From Octopus vulgaris (taxonomy: Eukaryota), in assembly GCA_951406725.2 (NCBI GenBank), contig OX597814.1, positions 158,286,001 to 158,350,000 on the forward strand: a stretch of 64,000 nucleotides of DNA, written 5' to 3'. Position numbers and translations under genes: made by a program. Under the pieces are notes generated by a model. It had not been told where the DNA came from. It did not search any database and worked only from the letters and a program-made list of their open reading frames with translations. This document shows positions 53,104 through 64,000 of this stretch, one piece after another (within the stretch, counting starts at the first letter, position 1; each line of letters begins with the position of its first letter).

Positions 53104-55869
53104 GAAATGTTTTACATTTAGATTAATATATCCATGTGGGGGCGGAGGTTACATGAAGAGCGACAGTGAGAAAGGGAGAGAAAGAACGAGAGGAAATAAA
53201 CAACAAATGGCGTTACGAATTCTCAGAATTTTATGGATTTGGTGTTAAACTTGCTGCACTAACAGAAAGATCCTTAGGTAGATTTTTGCATATCATATTA
53301 GAGTAACGGGAAAAGGAAATCAAGACTGAACCACATAAATGACTTTCTACTTGAGATGCCTATATGGATGTCAGTCATTTTCAGTGAACCTCTTGTAAAT
53401 TTAGAACACAAGAGAGAAGTGCCAATCATAATGAGGAAATCACAACATTCTGTCCATAACTACCCACTACTTAAGCGAATCTCTAGGGTTCTTTGAGCCG
53501 ATATCTAATTACAGCTTTGTTGGCATTTAGCAGTTCTGAAACAAATCTCATACCGTAACACTGTGATGCATCTAACGTTCTTAGATTGCTTCCACTGGAT
53601 AATCAGAAGATGGAAAGTACCCAGAAACTTTCCAGGCTCTCTTAGAACGGGATATCGATGTGGTTTATATTAAGATTGAACATCTGCAAGCTGGTATCAG
53701 TAGCATAATGTAGAGAGGAGAGGAATTCTAAAATATTACAGTTCTGGACTGGATAACATATCTTGATCCCAATTAAGTGGACCTAGAAAAGGTGACCTAG
53801 ATAAAGCTCGTTTTGATTTTTGTCTCAGTTGGCTGACTCAAGCTGCTGGAAGCAATAATTCACAAATGCGATCGGACGACGATAATGTAATGCGTGTAGG
53901 AATTCAAACGCTCGTACTTGAACATTGAGAACATACTCAATGCAGTAGACAGTGGTCGTCCAGAAAGAAGCTCCAATACGGTTGCACAAGGATGCATGTT
54001 GAGATCACTGCATTTGGCGAAGATTGCTTCCAAAGACAAGGAAGCCTTAAAAAGAACATGGGACCATCAACACGCACAAATAGTCCAGGAGGCCAGAAAC
54101 AGAAAGACATCTGTCTGTAGTAGGCTTTATTTGCAGGAACTCAAATGCCTCGAAGTCTACCAGTAGTTTACTCTGGCTGTATCGAATCCGTCACTTCCCA
54201 ATTCGAACCAAGCAGCATACAACACTCATAAGTTTATACTCTCCACTCTTGAAGTAGATCCTGCTAAAGGGATAAATTTTACTACGGTTTGTGCGACTTC
54301 CAACAGAATACATCTGCAGATGACAAAGTCAGCATCCATCGAATTCATTGCCATACCAAGGAAGACATTTCGGATAACCACCTGACTCCCAGTCTAAAAT
54401 TTCTACTTAATATTGTAGATACCAACTTTCAAACAGATTCCTCTTCAGAATTCAGATCTCTGACGAAGTCCAAAAGTTTTCCGTAATGACATAAAGGTTG
54501 GTTCTCTGAAAACAACCAAGAGATCTAAAATTTTTTGAATGAAAAGAGATCTACTACCCATTGCATTTACAAAAGTTACTTAAATATAGATATATATATA
54601 AAGTAGAAAGACAGTGATTTACACTGAAGAATTTGAAAAATTCGGAGCTTAGTTTGGAGAGAAAATATTTTAGGGTTAACGATGGGACTAACCAAAAGAA
54701 ATGTATTTTGTAACTTTATCTCTCCATCTCACAAATTCATGACTAAATATCATGCAGCCTAACTTTGCAGGAATCTTTTATCAGATGCTCCGATGACATG
54801 CAGAAAAAGAATTTTAGTGCATCTCATGAAAATGCTAATGAATGAAAAGGCCTTTAGGAGCTTTGGAAACTGAAAATTAATGTTTTTCAAATAAAGGAAC
54901 TCACGATATTTTTAACAAATGTTTCTCCTCAAGAAAACTAAGCAAAATCTATGGATCTGTTGCATTTAAATACCAGATTCTGAAACCTTGTTGCCGCAAA
55001 TTCTGTTACAGTCCTGGAATCTGTAACATATCGGTTCAGCAAATGCACCAATTGAATATATAACAGACTTTAAAAAAAGTGTTGACGTCGATTCATACCC
55101 CTAAAACCTCTGTAAGGTGGTGTCACAACATGGCCGCAGTCTAGTGATCACAATAAATTAAGGATTAAAGATAGGATTTTATTCAACAATGTGCACGTTC
55201 TATCAGCCCTATTCGAATTCCGTTTTGTATTCCGTTTTAATAATGTTTCTTCGTAATAATTCTATTTCCCTGCAAACATTTTAAGCAATAATTAATTCTA
55301 AACATCTGCAGAATTTCACGTAAAATTCCAACTATAATATTAAGATTACTAATCAATTCCTTCAATTCCAGATTAATTTCTTTCTATATTTTCCATTCCG
55401 TAATGAAATCTAAAATAACATTGCTAAGCCTATGGTGGCATGTAAAGAAAATATAATCGTCTTTCGTTGAACACAATTCTTCACATATTAGTTTCAGTCA
55501 ATGAACTTTGGCTATACTGTAGCGCCACCGTTCGAAGCTTTTAGTCGATCATACTGAGTGCAAGCTTTGTTTAAAAGCTAGAATACATTTCATTAATTAC
55601 TAATTAATGACGCCTTTTATTACAAGGTTGAAATGGTATAACATAGACAGTGAAACCGGATTTTATGTCGATGTAACAATGTAATCGTAAACACAGACAC
55701 ATGCATATACATACATCTATATACAGACATCTATATACAAAACACACACACACACACACATACATATGTGCGTGTGTGCGTGTGTGTGTATGTGTATGTG
55801 TGTGTCTGTGTGTGTGTCTGTGTGTGTCTGTGTCTGTGTATATGTGTGCGTGTGTAAAAATATGCCCAT

Positions 55870-56845
55870 ATTCTCCATTTATCATATTTATGAGCTGAAG
55901 GCAACATGTCAACACGAAGAACAAAATCAAGCAGAATGTCAACTTAATTTGACGAAAATTATGTTCAAAAGACAAACAATACTGTTACCAGCTAGCAGCA
56001 AAAACATCGACCTCTGCTTCACCAACTACGTGAAATTTATCCACAGTGTGAAAGTGTCACTGGCAATTTCCCAGATCGCAACACAAAACTTAAAATTTAT
56101 AGTATAAGCAAATCAAAGATGTTTACCACACAGGGATTAGCCAAAGCGTTTTCAGCCTGAACTTTTAAAATCCTGACTGGATTAAAAGTAGGCCTCCCTT
56201 TGCAAGTATATATCCTTTTTCCAATGAAGAAATGTCACTGATATCGAAAAAGTGTAAACAAGCAATAATAAATCTCTGAGCAAGGTATAAACAGTAGCTG
56301 CAACACATTGTGAAGTATATTTGCCACTTAAATGTGGCTAACCCCTAAGTGTGGATGCTACTGTAGCTTGTAGCCCCAGGAGGACACCTCCTCCAACTGG
56401 CTGACACTTCAACGAAAAAGGAAGCGAAGAAAGAGAAACCAGATCAGTCGAAAATATAAAACGAACCCCTAAAGTTCTCTATAAATTTTCAAAAGATCCT
56501 ACGTAGGTGAGCTATAAGATACCGTCCTGTTTCAAGAAAATGGCATACTCATTGCAAATCTCGAAAGGATAAATGAAATGCTAAATAAACACTACCGAGG
56601 TGTTTTCACTTCCCCACTGGGATACATAAAACAATAAATGAGCCTGATAAGCTTTTCAACACTGCAGATACAGCCATCGATTACATCTACATAAAAGAGG
56701 ATGTAATATCGACATTTGGTCACATGAATTCAGCAGAAGGTCCTGATGGTTTTCCAGGTTTAAAGATATGCAAGAAAACTCTCGCAAGACCACTACACAT
56801 GCTTTTACAGAGCTCCTTTGTATATGGCAAAATACCCAAATATTG
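55870..56845 (+). mobile_element. CR1/Jockey-like LINE remnant (APE end and RT start), interrupted at 56310-56406 by a TTGCCAC-family arm
   Basis: NIDLCFTNYVKFIHSVKV (APE C-terminal motif) and SAEGPDGFPG..LARPLHMLLQSS..GKIP (RT domain 0). Confidence 0.7.
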
Positions 56846-57357
56846 ATTTTAAATTTTCGGACAAGACCAACAAATTCGTTGTAAACTAAATGTTGGCATT
56901 TACTTTCAGTACTAATGTGAATGGCGGTTTGAATTTATGATTGTGAAAATTAGGTGAAGAAATTTAAGTTGTTTATGTTCAGCTCCCAATCAGCCGTGAT
57001 CGAGACGATCTACTAGCACAGACGCTCCAGTTGTGACATCAAAGTTGTTTGTATAAGCAGGACAAAATTCTTTAATAGTTTGATGTAAGGGAAAATAGAA
57101 TATAAAAAGATCACGCTATGGCTTAGATCTTTCCTCATTAGCCATAGGGCTATAAAAAGAATGCTATAATGGAGCGTTACATGGTGGAGACTGAGCTGGT
57201 GGGGAGGAGAGCGAAAGGAAGACAGACAATGAAAATGTTCGGCTGGATGAAGAGAACGAACGTGCTGAGCAAGAAAGGCCTGGGTGATGTTGCCAGAGAC
57301 AGAAATGAATGGAGGAGGGACAAACCATGATTCATTAATGGCATGAATATGCCATAG

Positions 57358-57421
<64 letters not shown>

Positions 57422-58589
57422 GTATGTATGTGTGTATATATACATAGTATACTATTCCTTGAAGAAAAGTGAACACAAAAGGTATTCCATCTGATGAGAG
57501 ATAAATGTTGCTTAATAAACACAGATATTGTCTGAGGTTTGCTTGAAGGTACCGGGCGTTATAAAATGCTGAGTTGTTTTCATCACAGGAAACTATTAGT
57601 ACCTTATAAAATCAGATAGTGTTTATTAAGGTAGATTAAGATGCAATTAAATCATACATACATATACACACACACAGACACACATATATATATATGTATG
57701 CATGTATGTATGTATGCAGACATACGCATAGCAAACGAAGTTTGCTTTTTATTGATTATTGAAATTCAAATATTTGAACATAATGATTAATATTGATAGT
57801 AGCTGAAAAACATATAACTTCGAAAATTTCTTATTGCTGATAATCCCACAAATTATCTGTGTGAATAAATGCTGAATAGTAAAATAGAAATGCAAAATTT
57901 CTTTGTTGAAAGGGTAAATACGTTGTAAATTGCTGCATTAAATGTAACTGGGATAAATATGTGATTAGGCAGATTATTGTTTGAGAAATGAACTTAAAAT
58001 GCTGCTTAAAAGAATTTCCTTCCACTTTAGAGCAATAAAATAAACATGAAATAATTTGGTTTTATTATTTAAAACACTTAAATGTAAGATTTGCTTATAA
58101 AAGTCAAATTTATTCAGCAATTTCTTTCTCTCATTCCTTTACAATTTAGAAATACAAACTAGCGACCTACGTGCACTCTTAGGAACACATTACCACTTGT
58201 AGATCATTAACGTCGTAGGTCAATAACTGCCACTATAATTACCTATAGTTAAGTGTAGCTATAAGTAACTAGTAAAAAATATCATCTAACTTTAGTGTTG
58301 AAGTTGCACTAGTCATTTCCAGTAAAGTAAATCAGCTTCGACTACCAAAAGAGCTGATCTTTAGCTTAATTATAATTTTTCAAGAGCAATTTATTTTCTG
58401 AATATTACTATATTTCTTCATGTGTCATAAGTGATTGTCATCGCTACGTCGATGATACACATAATGACTGAGGGCAAAATGCACACATAAACAAGAATAT
58501 AAACACAGACACAGATACACAGCAGAAATGGAGATGGTTGGCGTATCATTGGAGGAATATGAAAAGTTGACAGAAGAAAACTTAACCCA

Positions 58590-59812
58590 GTAAAATCGGT
58601 GGGCTTTTAACTCGGCACATGGAGAAACAAGGTCATGCCGTCCAACAGACGGACCGATAAAGTTGTTCGGGGTTTGGTTCGGACCAGACCTCCAGGTGGA
58701 TAAGAACTAGCATGTCGTGGCTAATAATGCGCAGACATGCGCTGAGGCTGAGGCATCTCCAGATATTCTGCCTAAACGGGAGCAGGTGTGGTCGCCTTTA
58801 AACAGGCTTTTCCTCAGCTCATCTCCTTGACTGAGCTTCAATCCTAAGTCAAGAAGAGACCGAGGCAAGGTCACTGGCATTTGGAATGTTAACAGGCATT
58901 CACTGCCCTCTATCAGTCGGGCATGCGATCGGTGGAACATCCACTATAGAATTCTATAGTGGGCTAGCTGAAGGAAAAAGCGATGACGTACTCGGAGAGA
59001 TGCTAGGCGTCGACAAAGACGAACTGATCAGTCTGTTCAAGACTTTCGAGCCGGGGACGATGGATAACTTCCAGAAATCCCTAGCTTGGCATTCCTACCG
59101 GGCGGTACTGCCGGTTCGAGATAAACTCTACAGACACGGAAGTGCTGTCAGACGGACCTGCCAGAGATGCGCGTAGAGCGACGAAACCGTTCTACACGCA
59201 ATAGTATAGTATCTTTGCTTTACTGACTTGTGGAGTTATGTTGAACAGCTGTTATCACGTGTAGCACGGATCCGGCTATCACCCGAGTCCATACGATCGA
59301 TCCTTCGCCTTCCATTGGTCCAGAAGGGCAGGCAATTTTCCGCTGTCTGATAGCAGTAGCGAAAGAGGTTGTATGGTGGACAAAGTTGCAAGGACTGAAG
59401 ACAGACACTTATCTCTTCAGCCAATCTCTCATCAACTTTTCTAGATTTCACTTGTTAAAGAAGATAAGGATGGAGAGAAGAGTGCTGCCTCCCAGTATAT
59501 TTGCTAAAAGATGGGTGAATGTAGCGTAAATGGCACATGAGAGTGGACCTACTCTAATAATGCGCCTTTAGGCTAGTGAATTTGAGAAGGAGAAGGATGC
59601 CCTTCCCAGATGCCCTCGAAACGGCGAGTGATTGGTGGAGTACCTGAGCCAACTTCATGTGGTTACCCTCCTACTGGGGAACTTCCATTGTTATATTCTT
59701 TTTGTTTGATATTGTAATTGTTTTAACTGCGTACTCGTTGTCTTGTGTAAATTTCCCAGTCGACGTCTACTGCATTGTTACATATATGTCAGCCCTGGTG
59801 GCCAATAAATGA
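58590..59812 (+). mobile_element. L1/Tx1-like LINE 3' fragment
   Basis: GPIKLFGVWFGPDLQ and zf-RVT-type FQKSLAW..LPVRDKL..CQRC..ETVLHA. Ends in AATAAA followed by TAA repeats. Confidence 0.75.
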
Positions 59813-59915
59813 AATAATAATAATGATAATAACAACAACAACAATAATAATGATGATGATGATGATGATAATTAATAATGATGATGATGATGATGATAAT
59901 AATAATAATAATATC

Positions 59916-59962
<47 letters not shown>

Positions 59963-59980
59963 CAACAACAACAATAATAA

Positions 59981-62027
59981 TGCAGTTAACAACTATAGAC
60001 CAATCATTTGCTTACCATTAGGGTGGAAACTGTTATCAGGAATACTTTCAGAAAGCATTTACGAGCACCTTCACAACCAGAAGTTACTACTTTAGGACAG
60101 AAAGGTTTCAGGAAGAAGGCTAGAGGAACGCATCTTCTATTATACATAGACAAAGCAGTTTTAAACAAAGTAAAAGTTAGAAAGAAAAATCTAACAATAG
60201 CATGGATAGATTATAGGAAAGCCGATGACATGATCCCACACTCATGGATAAGTGAATGTTTGAGTATATTCAGTATAGGAAACAACGTAAGGGAATTAAT
60301 TAGCTTTAGCGTGATGAAATAGAAAGTAGATCTATACTCATATGACACACTCTTAGTGGATGTTGATATCAAAAGAAGAATTTTCCAAGGGTCTCGTTGT
60401 CCCCTTTAATATTTGTTCTGTTTGATCCCTCTAAGTCTAATATTATGGAATGCAAATGCAGGTATTATTTCAGAAATAGTAATGGAAAAATTAACCATTT
60501 GCTCTACATAGATGATCTGAAGCTTTATAGTAAGAATGAAAAAGAGATACATTCCTTACTACAGATTTCAGACTATTTAGGAAAGATATAGACATGGAAT
60601 TTGGCATTGATAAGTGTGCAATATTAGTTAAGAGAAGGAGACAGGTAATCAACAGTGAAGTCTTCCAGATACCAGATGACCAGACATTAAAATTGCAAGG
60701 AGGGGAGAGTTTAAGTATCTAGGAGTATTAACTACAGAAATGAAAACGAAAATTGACAAGGCGTACGTCAGAAGTTAGAGGAAGCTAATGAAATCAAAGC
60801 TAAATAGTTTGAATCTAGTGAAGACTAAATACTTAGGCAGTATCATTACTTAGTTACTCAACAGCATTTGTAGACTGCACAAAAACTGAATTAGCAAAGC
60901 TACACAGAAGAACTAAGAAGGAATTCAAAATGAATGGAGGATTCACCCAAGGGCAGGAGTAGCAAGATTATCTACTTAGAAAGGAAGGTGGAAGTGAGTT
61001 AATATCAGTGGAAGACTGCGTGGAGTTAGTTAGAGTAGATATAGACTCCTATGTAGGTAATAGTGAAGAAAGTTCATTAAAAGCTGCTAGAGTCACAGCA
61101 AGACAGGGAAACCAAAGCACCAAACGAACTTAAAAACCAGAAAAAAGAACAGAAATTATCTGACTGGCAGGAGAAGGCGTTACATGGTAGATTCCCCAAA
61201 ATAGTTTCAGCAAATAGTAGTAGTGAGGCATGGTTATGGCTGCAAAAGGGAAAGCTGAAGAAGGAGACAACGTAAGTTAGTCGCTGCACAAGATCAAGCG
61301 TTAAGGATTATTTGGATAAAAGCCAAAATAGACAAAAACGAAGTAGATTTCCAATGTAAATTATGCAAATCAAAAGAAGAAAGCGTTACTCATAAAGTAA
61401 GTGAATGTAGCAGGCTGGCACAGAAAGAATACAAAAATAAGACATGACAACCTAGGGAGAGTATTCCGCTGGGAGTTCTGTATAAATGTAGGATGTGACA
61501 TACTGATAAATGGCATGAACATGAAACTAGTAAAGTAGTAGAAAGTAAGAAATATAAGATGTGAGACTTCAATATTCAGACTGACAAAGTAATAGAAGCT
61601 AGAAGGACTGATTTGGTAGTAGAAGAGAAAGAGAATAGAAAGTGCCATATAATTGACTTAACAGTACCAAATGGTGAAAAAATTAATACGAGAAGAATTT
61701 AAAAAATAGCAAAGTACCAAGACCTAGCTACTGGATTACAGAGACTATGGAAAGTGCGAGTAAAATGTATCCTAGTAGGTATAGGTGCATTGGGAGCTAT
61801 CCCTAAAGATCTGAACATATGGATAGAGGAAATAGTCATAACCCAGTTTAGTGCAGCTGCAGAAAACAGTGTTATTAGGGACAGCTAGGGTACTTAGGAG
61901 GGTTCTTGGCATCTAAGGTCACTTGTCGTAATCCAATAGGAGACTTCTTGGCATTTAAGGCTACTTGTTGTTGCCCGAAGTTAGCGTTCTATTCTTTTCC
62001 AGCCATCTAATCTGTTGAGTGTATATG
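59981..62027 (+). mobile_element. R4/Dong-type LINE (RT + RLE), 5' truncated, degenerate
   Basis: NYRPIICLP, QKGFRK, AWIDYRKADDMIPHSWI, NHLLYIDDLKLY, CKLCK..ESVTH, LQKTVLLGTARVLRRVL; (TAA)n on both sides. Confidence 0.9.
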
Positions 62028-62043
62028 AATAATAATAGTATTA

Positions 62044-62115
<72 letters not shown>

Positions 62116-62134
62116 ATAATAATAATAATAATAA

Positions 62135-63011
62135 AACCCATCAATGGTTAAAGGCCTCTGGCTTAAAATCTGAAACAGAAGGGTCTATCATAGTAGCTCG
62201 AGATCAATGCCTACATATAAGGAACTACCAGGCCAACATATTAAAGAACGGCAGTAGCCCAACATGTCGTGTATGTCAACAACAAAATCAAACCATTGAT
62301 CATGTTGTCTCCAAGTGCAGTCTTCTTGCGCCTACAGAGTATCTCAACAGGCACAATATAATCACAGGGTAATTTGCAAAAGCCTAGACTTGCTTCATGA
62401 TAAAAACTGGTGGGAACATAAACCACCCCCAGTGCTTCAAAATGATTACATCTCACTCGTCTGGAACTTCACCATTCAAACTGATAGAAAGATAGACGCG
62501 AATAGGCCAAACATCATATTGAAGACTTCAGATAATAATCATGCCTCCTCATTGATATGACTGTCCCAATCGATATAAACTTATCTGTCAAGACCTACCA
62601 AAAACTGAGCAAATATAAAGATCTTGAAATAGAAATCAGCAAAATGTGGAACCTGAAGATTAAAACAATACCTGTTGTCAAAGGTGCCCTTGAGAATGAT
62701 AGCAAAAGGGGCTTATTGCTACCTAGCTCAGATACCAGGAAACCCCAAAATGGTAGAAATTCAAAAGATAGTGCTCATGGGAACTGCCCATATCCTACGC
62801 AAAATATTCTCTATGTAATCTCAAGTTTTAAAACAAACATAATTTTCTTACGGTTTCTTAAACATTCTCTAGAACAACTCTATGTACAAAACCAAATATA
62901 TGCCACCCTAGCCATAACACCAACATGAAATTCCAACTTGTTGTCTCTTGAGGTCTCTGGGTGAGACTTAGAGCCAACTCGTACAAATGTAAAGCAAAAA
63001 TCAAACATAAA

Positions 63012-63012
<1 letters not shown>
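62135..63012 (+). mobile_element. R4/Dong-type LINE 3' fragment
   Basis: GLKSETEG, CRVCQQQNQTIDHVVSKC, NRPNIILK, KLSKYKDLEIE; (TAA)n tail. Confidence 0.9.
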
Positions 63013-63055
<43 letters not shown>

Positions 63056-63056
<1 letters not shown>

Positions 63057-64000
63057 GAAAAATAAGGAAACTGTTGACAATGCATAGAATGCACCACCCT
63101 AGGGCAGATACAGAACGACTCTATCTGCCAAGAAAAGAGGGAGGCCGTGGTCTTTTGCAACTGGCAATAACAATGAAGATTGCTACAATTGGCCTAGACA
63201 CCTACCTGAAAAACTCTGAGGACTGGATGTTAAAACTTGTCTCAAAACATGAAAACAAGAAAGCATCATACTCAGTCACAAAACAGGCAAAGGAATATCT
63301 AAGTGAATTCCGAATACAACCAATTTCGGAATTAGAGATAGACATACAAGAAACAAGCACAGAAAAAGCTAGGCGCATGAAAACCCGTGCCAAAACTGCG
63401 GCCTTAGATATTCTGAATAATAAATGGCAAGAAAAACCTCTCTATGGCAAATACCCAAAGAGAGCGAATAATGCAGATATCGACAAAGCCCTGACCCATC
63501 AATGGCTAATGGCCTCTGGCTTAAAATCTGAAACAGAGGGGTTTATCATAGCAGCTCAAGATCAATGCCTACCAACAAGAAACTACCAGGCCAACATATT
63601 AAAGATCAGAAGCAGTCCAACGTGTCGTGTATGCAAGCAACAAAATGAAACCATTGACCATGTTGTCTCCAAGTGCAGTCTTCTAGCGCCTACAGAGTAT
63701 CTCAACAGGCACGATAGAGCTGCACAATATATTCACTGGGTAATCTGTAAAAACCTGGATTTGCCCCATGAAAAAAACTGGTGGGAACACAAACCACCCC
63801 CAGTGCTTGAAAATGACCACATCTCACTCCTCTGGAACTTCACCATTCAAACTGACAGGAAGATAGATGCAAATAGGCCAGACATCATATTGAAAGACTT
63901 CAAACAAAGAACATGCCTCCTCATTGATATGACTGTCCCAATCGATATAAACGTATCTGTCAGGACCTACCAAAAACTGAGCAAATATAAAGATCTTGAA
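63056..64000 (+). mobile_element. R4/Dong-type LINE, 5' truncated, with an uninterrupted 315-codon frame running off the window
   Basis: RKIRKLLTMHRMHHPRADTERLYLPRKEGGRGL..CRVCKQQNETIDHVVSKC..RHD..NRPDIILKD..LIDMTVP..KLSKYKDLE with no stop. Absent from the ORF track, probably because it has no stop in the window. Confidence 0.9.

Noticed and set aside
55604-55975. Signal-peptide-like ORF on the - strand
   Set aside because: It has a TTG start, runs into microsatellite, and is antisense to a CR1-like endonuclease remnant.
57485-57530. CTGATGAG hammerhead core (a similar one at 51251; CTGACGA at 54460)
   Set aside because: No downstream stem II/GAAA/NUH with a matching stem I was found.

Overview
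AT-rich, repeat-dense animal (eukaryotic) DNA with no confidently identifiable host gene. The SINE, LINE and microsatellite make-up suggests an octopus or other cephalopod genome (inference). The standout feature is 1-8213, an array of ~537-bp near-identical monomers: 3 on the - strand, then an inversion at ~1616, then 12 plus a partial copy on the + strand. Every full monomer carries an intact type I hammerhead ribozyme (CUGACGA / GCUA-UAGC / GAAAC-AAUU-GUC), so this is a retrozyme-like array that probably uses Penelope machinery. The + arm starts 11 nt after a predicted self-cleavage site and ends in (TA)n. The rest of the window is mostly transposon remnants: Penelope-like GIY-YIG and terminal-repeat fragments with further degenerate hammerheads, long foldback palindromes, at least 11 R4/Dong-type RLE LINE pieces stacked in (TAA)n tracts, RTE, CR1-like and L1/Tx1 LINE fragments, a pogo/Tigger relic, two non-autonomous Helitrons, tRNA-derived SINEs and microsatellites. 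All calls come from reading the sequence by eye; no database searches were run.
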